From the NCBI GenBank assembly GCA_003635255.1, contig PYJC01000068.1:8258-72257 (forward strand): DNA of 64,000 nucleotides. The letters are read 5' to 3'. Source of the stretch: Candidatus Poribacteria bacterium (GTDB taxonomy: Bacteria; Poribacteria; WGA-4E; WGA-3G). How positions within the stretch are numbered: the first letter of the stretch is position 1; every line of letters begins with the position of its first letter. This document shows positions 29,559-39,409 of the stretch, one piece after another. The position numbers and the translations under genes are program-made. The notes below the pieces were generated by a model. It had not been told where the DNA came from. It saw only the letters and a list, made by a program, of their open reading frames with translations, and searched no databases.

Positions 29559-31793
29559 CTATCTTCCATTGTGTTGGGTAATGAGTTTTATAACTTCGGT
29601 TCTGCCCGATTTGACCTTTGCTTTGTCGACCTCAATTTGTAGCATACCGATTATGACCTCGGTAAACGCCCAGTCCAACTTTGCCCCATCTATCGCTGCG
29701 CTACCGGTATTATTTCGGAGTGTCGTATCTGCGCCTTTCTCAAGGAGCAGTTCTACTGTTTCAGCACGTCCCAGGAATGCCGCCGAGTGCAGAGCCGTTC
29801 CACCGTCCCGGCTTTTCGCATTGACATCTGCGCCGTGTTCAAGGAGGAGTGCTACAATTTCCGTATGCCCCATCAGTGCAGCAATGGATAGCATTGTGCT
29901 TCCAGATTGCGGGTCCTGCGCATTAGGGTCTGCTCCATCTGTGAGTCCTTGTTTAACCGCCGCGAGATCTCCGATAAAAACTGCGCCCGGTAGATCATTG
30001 GCGGAGGCTATGTCCTTGCTATCAAATTCTTTGACCCCAAAGAGTTTCGCAATTTCGTTCCTACCGCTTTGCATGACAGGAATATTTTCCCTCTCGACCT
30101 CTACGCCCATCAAACCGCCAATAAAGCCGGTAGTTCTCCAATCGAGATGCAAGGCATCCGCTGGTGTTCCGCCATCGTCGTTGCGTACCTGTAGGTTTGC
30201 CCCGTTCTCGACAAGAAGTTTCGCGACCTCTGCTCTACCGAAAACTACGGCACCGTGCAAGGGTGTGCTGCCGTTATCGTCTTTTATATTAACATTAGCA
30301 CCGTTTTCGATAAGGAGGCGAGTCGCTTCGGTTTGTCCGTGAGACGCGCTCCATGCCAAAGGGGATATGTTCATACTCTCGTCTGGTGCGTTGACATCAG
30401 CACCTTCAGCGATGTAGCGTTTCATCGCTCGGAGATCACCGGTGCGTGCGGCATGCCACAGCCCCTCCTCGGGCAATTGAATGAATTTTTTCATGTCAAA
30501 GCCTTCAGGTCCCATAACGAACGGCGGATTCGGTTTCCTACGCCAGACAGGCATCCCATCGCCGATTTCTTGTAGTATGTCGTTTTTACGGGTACGGATG
30601 AAATCACGAACGTTCGCGAGTTGGTCCTCAAAGGTCTGTTTTTTGCCTCTTCCCCCCCATTCTTCCTTTCGAAATTCACGTTGTTCGGGTAAGAGGTAAG
30701 GCTGAATCATTACAGCGACCCTGTCCAGCTCAGCAAGCAGTTCTTCCTCATTCCAGTGGCTTTTAAGGAGCTCCATCATTGTTTTTGCGTACCGCTCGCG
30801 TCCTGCCTCCAGTTGATACAATCTGTATGCAATCAACCCTTGCGTCTTGACGGAGATCGGTCCTTGTGTATTTCTCCGGAAGTCCATCTTGAAATTTGTA
30901 AATAGCGAATCCGCGCCCCACGGTAAAAAGTGAAACTTGTCTGTATCAGGATTAAGGTAAATGAAATAATTGTTACCATTTCCAGAATAGCCATCCCAGA
31001 AACCGAGTAGACTTTCTATTGCCCAGAATCGGTAAAAGCGATCTAAATCAACGAACTCACCGATGGCTGCTTCCGTTACTTGGTTATCCGCAAGCACATC
31101 AATTAACGCGATGATTTTTTCTCTGCCAAGGGCATCGTCGCCTCTTTTATGTTCAAAACTGTTTTCCCATTCCTCGTTAAAATCGACGACAGTGCCTTCA
31201 TAGAGTGGGCCGTCGTCATTTCCGAACGCACGTTTCAAAAGTGGTTTGCGAAAGGTTTCCACATGAGAATATATCCCTAAACTTTTGCCGTTCACCGTTA
31301 CCTTCGCATACGCGCATCGCGGCGCGGGAGAACCGATCGCGTTAAACAACGCATACCCCACAAATTGACTCACTTGGCTTGTATCCTGTTTGTTATTATT
31401 AAGCGTCAGGTTTGTCAACCCTTCAATTCCACTCTTTTTGTCAACGTGATTTAATCTAATTTTAAGAGAGGGGCGTGTATGACTTTGCGAACCGATGAAC
31501 CCTTTTTTACGGAGCCCAACTTTCGGGAAAACCACACCGTCAATACTCACACTTGCATCGACATAGGTATACGGATGATCCAGCGGCCCGAACTGCCGCT
31601 TCTCGTTGAGTGCACTCACAAAATCCCGTGACTGATACCGGATTGTGTCCCAATCCTTCTCCGAAACAGTAATCTGCACATCTATCACCCGATCCGTTGG
31701 GAAAATATCGTCTAATGTCAGTTCTTTTGCGCTGCTTTGAGCAGCAATCCCGAAACAGAGGATTGTCGCTAAGCATAGTATCCATTTTATCAT
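29559..31793 (-). CDS. Secreted CotH-like kinase fused to ankyrin repeats
   Basis: Signal peptide; CotH motifs VGLRKKG, RPSLKI, LNN..QD, APRC.YA.V.VNG..LG.Y..VE, WDGY.GN.NNY, LPWGAD; C-terminal ankyrin repeats (TPLH.A...G..EV..LL.E.GA.VN). Confidence 0.85.
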   Translation of the reverse strand: MIKWILCLATILCFGIAAQSSAKELTLDDIFPTDRVIDVQITVSEKDWDTIRYQSRDFVSALNEKRQFGPLDHPYTYVDASVSIDGVVFPKVGLRKKGFIGSQSHTRPSLKIRLNHVDKKSGIEGLTNLTLNNNKQDTSQVSQFVGYALFNAIGSPAPRCAYAKVTVNGKSLGIYSHVETFRKPLLKRAFGNDDGPLYEGTVVDFNEEWENSFEHKRGDDALGREKIIALIDVLADNQVTEAAIGEFVDLDRFYRFWAIESLLGFWDGYSGNGNNYFIYLNPDTDKFHFLPWGADSLFTNFKMDFRRNTQGPISVKTQGLIAYRLYQLEAGRERYAKTMMELLKSHWNEEELLAELDRVAVMIQPYLLPEQREFRKEEWGGRGKKQTFEDQLANVRDFIRTRKNDILQEIGDGMPVWRRKPNPPFVMGPEGFDMKKFIQLPEEGLWHAARTGDLRAMKRYIAEGADVNAPDESMNISPLAWSASHGQTEATRLLIENGANVNIKDDNGSTPLHGAVVFGRAEVAKLLVENGANLQVRNDDGGTPADALHLDWRTTGFIGGLMGVEVERENIPVMQSGRNEIAKLFGVKEFDSKDIASANDLPGAVFIGDLAAVKQGLTDGADPNAQDPQSGSTMLSIAALMGHTEIVALLLEHGADVNAKSRDGGTALHSAAFLGRAETVELLLEKGADTTLRNNTGSAAIDGAKLDWAFTEVIIGMLQIEVDKAKVKSGRTEVIKLITQHNGR

Positions 31794-31988
31794 TTTTTTC
31801 TCCTACTACTCCGATTATAATCTACAATTAGTATAGCATATTTTCGATTTTCATGCTTGCAAATACGGCAGGAAACGAGATTGAATTAGTCAAGTGGATT
31901 GTTTGGCGAAATTGCTGGACCTCGTTCTATTCGCAATTGAGATAGGTGCGGTTTCAAAACCGCACCAGTTTAGCCGGAAAACCATTTA

Positions 31989-32822
31989 TTACCTTGTCTT
32001 AAGAGCACCCCATGTCGTCGTCAGTTTACCAGCGATATCCACAGTCAGAATGTCTCTCGCGTTCATGACTGTCTCAACTTCTTCCGCCGTTAACGCCCGG
32101 TCATATACCGCCAATTCATCAAGCATGCCTTTGTAGAGATTAGCACCGCCATTCGTATCGGGTCGCCCCCCGATTTCGATGTTATTATCGTTCCAGACCA
32201 TCACAGGACCGTTCTTTGGCGTCGCTTTCTCACCGACAAGTTCACCATCAACGTAGACTTTAAGGCTTTCATCATCAAAAGTCCCGACGACGTGATACCA
32301 GTTTTTCGGTTTTAATCCTAAATTTGGTAGTGAAACCGTCGTATCGACATCAGCACCATTAAACGGTCCCATCTTCTTTTGACCGGAATTGATATACCAA
32401 TACAACCCCTCACCGCTACCGAGTCCAAATTCGACGTTATCGTCGCTTTTACCTGATTTGTCGTAAAAGATGTTCCCATAGACGTGTCCGTTGCCGAGAG
32501 CGACATCCGATATTTCAAAAGGATGTATCCAAACCGCAACAGTCAGATGCTCCACATACAATTCACTCTGACCCCCCGGATCCATGATCAGTGCAGGTCC
32601 GCCTGAGAATTCTATTGCACCACCGACCTTGCCTTTCGCAACAAATTTCGCGCTGTCGTGGAGTTCCGCTTCAAATCCTTTCGGACCGACATCCTTCGCA
32701 ACATCACCTTTCCCTTCGTTGAACGGCAGGTAGAAGTGTAAACCTTTCGTAACTTGTGCTGTAGCATTGAGAGTTGCAACACAAAAAGCAAAAACTGCGA
32801 AAATCAAGAACAGTCTTTTCAT
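31989..32822 (-). CDS. Secreted LamG/concanavalin A-like domain protein with conserved C-terminal tail
   Basis: Signal peptide; Y.PFNEG.G, WYHVVGTFD....KVYVDG, G.LDELAVYDRALT; C-terminus TVDIAGKLTTTWGALKTR. Confidence 0.87.
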   Translation of the reverse strand: MKRLFLIFAVFAFCVATLNATAQVTKGLHFYLPFNEGKGDVAKDVGPKGFEAELHDSAKFVAKGKVGGAIEFSGGPALIMDPGGQSELYVEHLTVAVWIHPFEISDVALGNGHVYGNIFYDKSGKSDDNVEFGLGSGEGLYWYINSGQKKMGPFNGADVDTTVSLPNLGLKPKNWYHVVGTFDDESLKVYVDGELVGEKATPKNGPVMVWNDNNIEIGGRPDTNGGANLYKGMLDELAVYDRALTAEEVETVMNARDILTVDIAGKLTTTWGALKTR

Positions 32823-33058
32823 CTTTTTCACTCCTTTCATTTTTTGGCATCCGTTCAAAATGAGCAAAATTGTCGTGATAAGTGTTCCATTTTAATACCC
32901 GTGCCAATCTTAATCAAGAAAAACTCGACATCTAAAGGAATTGCGTGTGCTACCTTGAGGCCCACGGAGCGACGTGTGTAGAGTTGTCCCACCCTTTCAC
33001 CGAAAACCGAAAATTAAATTTCCCAAATCTGAAACCGATCCGTAAACCTAACGTTTTA

Positions 33059-33098
33059 TGCTTGCACACATGTATACATGTTTGCATGTGCACATGTG
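33059..33098. promoter_or_regulatory. Array of five contiguous 8-bp units (nnCATGTn-like), putative RHH operator/centromere
   Basis: tgcttgca-cacatgta-tacatgtt-tgcatgtg-cacatgtg immediately before the GGAGG RBS of the RHH gene. Confidence 0.55.
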
Positions 33099-33114
33099 TG
33101 GAGGCATAAACATT

Positions 33115-33354
33115 ATGAAAACAGTAGCGATTCTGTCAGGTGAAGGCGAGATTGCTGTCGGGACAACACCGGAACCCGTCGCAACGATACCGCCATCCCG
33201 CCAAGGCAAAAAGATGATTTCAGGGCATTTCGATAAAGACGTACATCGGCAGTTGAAGATGCTCGCCATTGAGAGGGACACGAGTATCCAAAATCTGCTA
33301 AGTGAAGCGTTGAATGCGCTGTTTGAGCGGAATAACAAGCCGCCAATAGCGTAA
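33115..33354 (+). CDS. Ribbon-helix-helix DNA-binding protein (ParG/CopG-like)
   Basis: SRQGKKMISGHFDKDVHRQLKMLAIERDTSIQNLLSEALNALF has a beta-alpha-alpha pattern; GGAGG RBS upstream. Confidence 0.75.
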   Translation: MKTVAILSGEGEIAVGTTPEPVATIPPSRQGKKMISGHFDKDVHRQLKMLAIERDTSIQNLLSEALNALFERNNKPPIA

Positions 33355-33372
33355 AAATTTCGGAGGGATACC

Positions 33373-33570
33373 ATGATTTCAAATACGGATTGGAGAATCT
33401 TAGAAAAAACCAACCAGATGCTGGCATTGAGTTGGGAAGCACTCAGACGCGCACGTGAAAACGAAGATACGCACACAATCAAAATGGCTGAGATGAGTTA
33501 TTTTCAGGCATTACAAAGTGTGATTGTAGCAACCCAAAACGCGGCCGCCCAACGGGGAGTCTCAAAGTAG
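33373..33570 (+). CDS. Small hypothetical helical protein
   Basis: GGAGG RBS; 65-aa ORF directly after the RHH gene. Confidence 0.55.
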   Translation: MISNTDWRILEKTNQMLALSWEALRRARENEDTHTIKMAEMSYFQALQSVIVATQNAAAQRGVSK

Positions 33571-33710
33571 GTAGCCATCTTCAGTGCCGTTTGTGTCTGC
33601 TTTAAAGTTGCGATAGGGGGAACAATCTTGTTGTTCCCTTTACACCGCGGCTGGAAAACCCACGGCATTTGTCCATTATCTTTAAGGGAACAGCGTAACT
33701 GTTGTTCTGC

Positions 33711-34916
33711 TTACTTTGCGTGTATTATCGCCGATGCATGTGTGCTATTAATTTCAAATTTCGGTTCTGGATGCCCCGCTTCTGCCAGCAACCTTCTCGC
33801 TATTCGTATGCCCACACCAAAACGTTGCACAAGTTCAAAAGTCCGCATCGCTTCCGCCAAATTAGGGTTTCGATAGTCAACAAACCCGGGCTTCCCAAAA
33901 TTTTCAGCCGTTATACTACCAAATACACCGCCCGGACTTAAAACCTCAATCCGGTCGTTGTACCAATACACATGAACCGGGGCATTCGTGCCTTCGTAGG
34001 TCCGGTGCATAATAGCATTTCGGGTGATCTGTTGCACCGCCTCTATTGGATAAAGTGCTGTCCGTTTTTCAATGGGACCGGATATAATATCAACTGCGAT
34101 GCGGTTATGTGCTATCAGTTTATCGTCTAAACGGCGGATCTGGTCAGAAATCGCCCCGCGTACTGCAAGACTGTCAACAATATCATCCGTGAGTTCGTTC
34201 CCATCAACTCTGAGGAATTGCACATAAGCCCCGGGTAGGAAATCCTGTGGGTTCTTTCCAAGCGTGAGGATTCCGAGTACCGTTGCTGTCGGATCATCTG
34301 CAGCGGCGATCATCTTTGTGGCTGCGAGCTGTTCATTCAAACTCCGATCATTGGCATCCAATATTTCCGCAGAAAACGCTTTGGGTAGGTATTCATAGCT
34401 AAACAAAGCCAAGTTAAGGTCGGAAATCTGACTTGACAAGACAGGATAGAGGTCAAACGGGTGCTCTAAATATCGCCGTTTTTCATTGAGTATCCGCTCA
34501 TCCTGTGCTGCGGCGGTATCTCGACGCGGCCCTGTTCGGATATGAATCGCCCCTCTGCATCTAACCGGAGGTGAATTGGACGGTTCTACTTTGACCACTG
34601 CCACTTCTTTGCCTTGCAGTAAACGCCTTTCCACCGTCAGAGATGGCGGAGGCACAATATTCCCGTCGGTTTTCATATCCGCCAATTGCCGGAGCAATTC
34701 GTCTGTAACCGATAGACCGACAATAGTTTTGTCCCATCTCACTCCGACGAAAACAAATCCAGGTTTTTCATAATTGGGCAAATCGTTGGTAAAGGCGCAA
34801 ATCGCCTCTCTAATTCGTTCCGGAGCATTACCAGACAAAGACTCCTTGAACTCAACCCTGTCAGATTCATCGTCCTCAATAATTTGTAGTAATTCTGCAT
34901 CTGTGAAATACCGCAT
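33711..34916 (-). CDS. Schlafen/AlbA_2 domain plus HATPase_c_4 (RecG-C-like) protein
   Basis: ESDRVEFKES, ICAFTN....G.VFVGV (AlbA_2); NAIMHRTY, DRIEV.SPG, YRNPNLAEA, VQRFGVGI. Confidence 0.85.
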   Translation of the reverse strand: MRYFTDAELLQIIEDDESDRVEFKESLSGNAPERIREAICAFTNDLPNYEKPGFVFVGVRWDKTIVGLSVTDELLRQLADMKTDGNIVPPPSLTVERRLLQGKEVAVVKVEPSNSPPVRCRGAIHIRTGPRRDTAAAQDERILNEKRRYLEHPFDLYPVLSSQISDLNLALFSYEYLPKAFSAEILDANDRSLNEQLAATKMIAAADDPTATVLGILTLGKNPQDFLPGAYVQFLRVDGNELTDDIVDSLAVRGAISDQIRRLDDKLIAHNRIAVDIISGPIEKRTALYPIEAVQQITRNAIMHRTYEGTNAPVHVYWYNDRIEVLSPGGVFGSITAENFGKPGFVDYRNPNLAEAMRTFELVQRFGVGIRIARRLLAEAGHPEPKFEINSTHASAIIHAK

Positions 34917-35030
34917 TGTGATTTACACTCATTTATGTACGTATTTTCTACAATCACGGATCATTGTCCATACAATGAGTATAAAATAGAATAATGACAT
35001 TTGTCAAGATTGATTTTTATGCTACGAAAA

Positions 35031-36731
35031 TCAATACAACACATGCACGCGGTTTTTCCCACGCACCGTCTCATCTGGCATCGTCATTGGCACCTCAACG
35101 ACAACAATTAACGCGCCATCCTCACTGATCGCAAGCGTATCATAAGGCAGCTGCCCTTCCGTTCGATAGGTGTACAGGTATTTTGATAAACCGCTGCCTT
35201 CCGCCATCAGGTCGAATACTGACACGCCATGGAGGCTCTCATTTGGGTCCTGTGTACGCTTAGAAACAGACAACACGGCGTAACGATCCATTGCATCAAT
35301 ACGTAAACCCTGCGGCATATTCTCAAGTTTCCACTGCCAGATTTTTTCTCCACCCCATGAATAAGCAAATAGCGTCATCGCATTCGGATGTGATGCCGAC
35401 GGTCTTTGCGCCCCCTTCCGGAGATGATACGGGATATAGGTGACCCCGGTAACGAAGAGTGCCGCCGCATCTGTTGCACCAATCGTACCAGCAGTCGCGA
35501 CGACAGGAACACCACTCACCTCCAATGGTGTCGTCAAGTTCTCCTGCCATATCGATTCCGACTTGTTCGTATCGAAAATGAACGCACGACCATCGTCCGC
35601 TGTTACGTTTATGAATTTACCGTCGGCTGACATGCTGACCCCCCGCCAAAACGTGACCTGTGGGAAATACTCGCGCAGCGGTTCAATATCCGCTTGCCAC
35701 TTTTCCGCGCCGTCTTCCGCGTTAAGAACAACGAGTTTTCCGTTACCAGCATCATTTCCATCGGTTGCGCTCCCTTGTAGATTATGTCCCGCATCTGCTA
35801 CGAGGGCGAGTGTTTTCCCGTCAGCACCTACATCAAACCAGCGTATTATCTTCCGAGTCGCACCGTCGCGCGGCCATTTCCAGATAACATCTCCGGTTTC
35901 ACTGTTAAACCTATAAAGTTGCGATTTCTTAACCGGCACCTCGTTTTGTTTCCACGAATGCACACCCGCAACCAATAGGTCCCCGTTCGCCAATGTTCGC
36001 ATACATGATGGACCAGGGTAACTGACCCACGCAAAGTTGCTGTCGGGATTGCTCGGCGTAGAGGTCTCAATGTCATCGGCGGTGCGATATTTCCAGCGGA
36101 GTGTCGGATTCTCAGATGTGAAATCGTAACAATAGATGAACCCGTCTGCCGCCTGCTCACCGATATAGAGCAAGTTACTATCTGGACTGAACACCATTCT
36201 TCTGACATAGCCTTCCGAAATCCGAGTTTTCCAGAGTGTTTCGCCTGTAAGTGCTTGGAGAACTGCGATGTGTCCGCTATCCGTAGCGATTGCCAATTTA
36301 TGGGTAGATGGTGCCTTTCGATGTCCTAAAGCAATTGCGGTCGGTTTCGCGGGTTGACGGAGGCTTTCCATGAGCGACAAAAGTCCATCTAATTCAACCG
36401 TCCGAATAAGGTATGATGTCGGCTTCAGCGGCGAGGTCGTTGTTACTTCGCTATCGTCTAAGCGAAATTGATAATCCTTGTTCGGTTGCCACGTGAATTG
36501 CAGTAGAATGCGATTGGTATCAAGTCGTTGGACTGCGGGTACTTCGGTTAATTCCTGTGCCGTGCCGTTAAATACCATCGCGACATTGATTTTGTCTGAT
36601 ATACCCTCTTTATGTTCAGTTTCAACGACTACGCCTGTCCGAACCCAAGTGACACGCATATCGGCTGTCGAAATACCAATCGGTAAAATAACAAACAGAC
36701 AGAGAAAAGTAAAAAATTGAATTCGCTTCAT
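35031..36731 (-). CDS. Secreted PQQ-like/WD40 beta-propeller protein
   Basis: Signal peptide; repeated TGE.LWK, FSPD, ETG.VIWKW, DG.EKWQ, GEKIWQW blades. Confidence 0.75.
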   Translation of the reverse strand: MKRIQFFTFLCLFVILPIGISTADMRVTWVRTGVVVETEHKEGISDKINVAMVFNGTAQELTEVPAVQRLDTNRILLQFTWQPNKDYQFRLDDSEVTTTSPLKPTSYLIRTVELDGLLSLMESLRQPAKPTAIALGHRKAPSTHKLAIATDSGHIAVLQALTGETLWKTRISEGYVRRMVFSPDSNLLYIGEQAADGFIYCYDFTSENPTLRWKYRTADDIETSTPSNPDSNFAWVSYPGPSCMRTLANGDLLVAGVHSWKQNEVPVKKSQLYRFNSETGDVIWKWPRDGATRKIIRWFDVGADGKTLALVADAGHNLQGSATDGNDAGNGKLVVLNAEDGAEKWQADIEPLREYFPQVTFWRGVSMSADGKFINVTADDGRAFIFDTNKSESIWQENLTTPLEVSGVPVVATAGTIGATDAAALFVTGVTYIPYHLRKGAQRPSASHPNAMTLFAYSWGGEKIWQWKLENMPQGLRIDAMDRYAVLSVSKRTQDPNESLHGVSVFDLMAEGSGLSKYLYTYRTEGQLPYDTLAISEDGALIVVVEVPMTMPDETVRGKNRVHVLY

Positions 36732-36765
36732 TATCGTGTTCCTTATGTTGTTTTCATCATTGATC

Positions 36766-37086
36766 GGTGTAGTTAGGAAATAACACCATAAGTGTCAATT
36801 TAAGAGAAAATAACAGCCTCGGCCCCAGGCCCGGTAGGTTCGGTTTCCCAACCGAACCGGATACTACGCGAAAACCTTGAAGGCTTCAAAAACCTCTTCA
36901 GTCCCGTAGGGTTTATTTGCTTGGGTGTTTCTTCAGTATTTGTGTAGAAATGTGTATCGACCAAAGACCCAAGCCCCAGAGGGGGTTTTTGATAGGGTGT
37001 TTCTGCGGCATTTGTAGAGATGCTACTACGAAATAACGAGAAATATCCCTAAATTGACACCTATGGTGTAGTTAGGAAATAACACC
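36766..37086. mobile_element. MITE-like element with about 21-bp TIRs bracketed by a 22-bp direct repeat
   Basis: GGTGTAGTTAGGAAATAACACC at 36766-36787 and 37065-37086; TIR acaccataagtgtcaatttaa / ctaaattgacacctatggtgt. Confidence 0.7.
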
Positions 37087-37098
37087 TATCGGTCTGAA

Positions 37099-39030
37099 CT
37101 AATCCGCCACACGCCATAAACCCCGTCCTAATCTCGCACCGAGAAGTACACCGATAAATGTATAGACAAACCCTTCTATCAGAACTCGAAGCACAATATA
37201 CCAATCGGCATAGAAAAGTCGATAGAACAGCATAGAAAGTTGGAAATCGACATAGACAGCGAGCGCGTCGCAGATCCCCAGCACAACAGCCCACGCCAAT
37301 ATACTCCGTCCCCGCACAAACAGGAATCCTGTTTCCAACAGCAAAACACTCGTGCCGGTATAGACAATCGCCATCGGTGTGAAAAGTCCGAACGTAACGC
37401 CGCTAAGCAGTAGACGCACCGCAGAGACAAGCAGGATTACGCCGCTCCCTTTATTGTGCCGTTTCGCGTCGGTGCGATCGGAACTCGTCGGATCCCCGTT
37501 AATATAAATTAGCAAGGCAGTCAGCAAGGCGTAATAGAGCGTCTCATTAATCAAACCACTCACCAGCACAGAGATCGGACCGAGGAGCGCACTGATTAAG
37601 TTGAGGAACAGCGTTGACGGGACCATCACCGCTACAAAAACCGTCGTACCGAACAGCGAGATCACAATAATCTGTTTTGTTGTAAAGCCCGAAAAAATTC
37701 GCTCGTGAAATCGTCCAACGATCGCAAAGCCGATACTACTGCTAATAATCGCCAATAGACTAATGAGCAGCGCTTGTTGGTTTGGAACGACCAAGTGTAG
37801 TGGACGTTGTTCGCGCAGAATCGTCGCGTCACTGCCCCAAACTTTCACCGCAATATCACGCATATACGCCCCAGGGATCGCCTGTTCTGGCTCACCTTGC
37901 CTCATATATACTGGATGAAAATAGATAGGCAGTGGGATCTCCGTAACCACTCCCGCCGGTAGGCTCGCAAACGCTATGCTCCGATTTGTACCGCCGTTCG
38001 TTGTTTCTGGAGGCGCGAGAAACGCAACAGTTGCACCACTCTTCATATCTGTGTTGACCGATGAGACGACCACATGGATCGTCTCTTCACCCGTATTCCG
38101 TAGCCGTATGGCCTGATAGGTCATCGGTTCAAACGCATTCGTCGGTGGTGTTCCGAGCCAACTGAATAATGGACGCGCATGGTAGATAGTATCTTCTCGC
38201 TGTCTCGGGTCCACTATCCCTGTTGCATCTGTAGGCATCTCAATCGATGCTATGGAGAGGTGCTCGGCGATCTCTGGAACAGTTGCTATCCGCAGCTGCA
38301 CCCTTGCCTGCTGCTCCCACATCTGCCCTGTATCTGTTCTGAAACGAGCAATACCCGAAATTTCTTGATTATCCGTTTGGCTCACCTCGGATGTCTTCAA
38401 AACTAACTCCCGATACCAAACTTCCGAGGCAACCTTAAATCTGTCCGTCGTCGAGAGACAGGTCTCCCCGCCGACTATTTCACTTTTCCAGTCTGCAGGT
38501 GATCTAACAATAGTTAACGTCCGGGGCAAGCAGAGTTTGAGATCAAAAGTTGTTGGGACATTCCCGTTTGTAACGAGAACTGTGGCTGTCATTTCGCTTT
38601 CGTGCAAAACAAGTGCCTTTTGATTGCTACCCGACACATTTTCCGGATCCGACTGCATCGCAGCACCGTACGGAATAGCAATGTCCAAGTTTCCTTGTGT
38701 GTATACGCGCGGCGCGGTTACCCTTTGCTTATCAACGCTTCCTGTCGACAAGATCGCTTCAAATCTATAGGTCTCTCCCGCATCCCATTCAAAATAGAGT
38801 GGCTCTGTCTGCCGAGGTGATGTAGGGAAGTTAAGTTGTGCGACCATTACATCGTCCGCATTAAAAGCGTTCAGACGCTGGACCGGTGCTTCTGCACTGA
38901 ACTGCACCTTGGCACCCAACGAAAAGAACGTCACTTTCCATGAAAGTGGTTCCTCTTTGGAGGTTGAAGCACAACTGATTAGGAAAATGAGCAGTGACAG
39001 GCACCAGACTGCTTTTTTTATCGCTGTCAT
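37099..39030 (-). CDS. Lipoprotein-signal protein with large extracytoplasmic region and C-terminal multi-TM domain (ECF S-component-like)
   Basis: Lipobox LLIFLISC; about 400 aa soluble region; then about 6-7 hydrophobic helices from F.TKQIIVISLFG to GVLLGARLGRGL. Confidence 0.65.
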   Translation of the reverse strand: MTAIKKAVWCLSLLIFLISCASTSKEEPLSWKVTFFSLGAKVQFSAEAPVQRLNAFNADDVMVAQLNFPTSPRQTEPLYFEWDAGETYRFEAILSTGSVDKQRVTAPRVYTQGNLDIAIPYGAAMQSDPENVSGSNQKALVLHESEMTATVLVTNGNVPTTFDLKLCLPRTLTIVRSPADWKSEIVGGETCLSTTDRFKVASEVWYRELVLKTSEVSQTDNQEISGIARFRTDTGQMWEQQARVQLRIATVPEIAEHLSIASIEMPTDATGIVDPRQREDTIYHARPLFSWLGTPPTNAFEPMTYQAIRLRNTGEETIHVVVSSVNTDMKSGATVAFLAPPETTNGGTNRSIAFASLPAGVVTEIPLPIYFHPVYMRQGEPEQAIPGAYMRDIAVKVWGSDATILREQRPLHLVVPNQQALLISLLAIISSSIGFAIVGRFHERIFSGFTTKQIIVISLFGTTVFVAVMVPSTLFLNLISALLGPISVLVSGLINETLYYALLTALLIYINGDPTSSDRTDAKRHNKGSGVILLVSAVRLLLSGVTFGLFTPMAIVYTGTSVLLLETGFLFVRGRSILAWAVVLGICDALAVYVDFQLSMLFYRLFYADWYIVLRVLIEGFVYTFIGVLLGARLGRGLWRVAD

Positions 39031-39043
39031 TATTTTCCCCAGG

Positions 39044-39395
39044 CCGGTAGGTGCGGTTTGATGAAGTTTAATTATTTAAATCGGTAATTCTGATCGCTTT
39101 TCTGTCTGAATCGCGGAAGGCACAGAGGACACCGAGGACGCGGAACTAAGAGATTGTTTTCTTTCCGCCCACATCTCTTAGGAAGTGCCATGCAGAATTT
39201 AGCGTCGCCTTTTCCGCGTTCTCCGCGTTCTCCGCGCACTCCGCGATTCAGACGACAAGATAACGCACCTCACACAAGAAAACATAAACAAGATATCTAT
39301 GATTCGCAAATTACCGATTTATTTAATCTTCATCAACCGCACCGGACTGCCCCAAAGAATTACCGAATTAATTTTTTAATCTTCATCAAACCGCG
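39044..39395. mobile_element. Nested repeat composite: REP-like palindrome interrupted by ATGAAG...CTTCAT element containing a 9-mer-repeat hairpin
   Basis: gtaggtgcggtttg|atgaag...cttcat|caaccgcacc; inner gtctgaatcgcgga...tccgcgattcagac with tccgcgttc repeats; second right end at 39358-39386. Confidence 0.65.
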
Positions 39396-39409
39396 CTGCA
39401 GATGCTAAG

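Noticed and set aside
36766-37086. Two identical 22-bp repeats as a mini-CRISPR
   Set aside because: The intervening sequence is about 277 bp with TIRs, far longer than a spacer; better explained as a mobile element.
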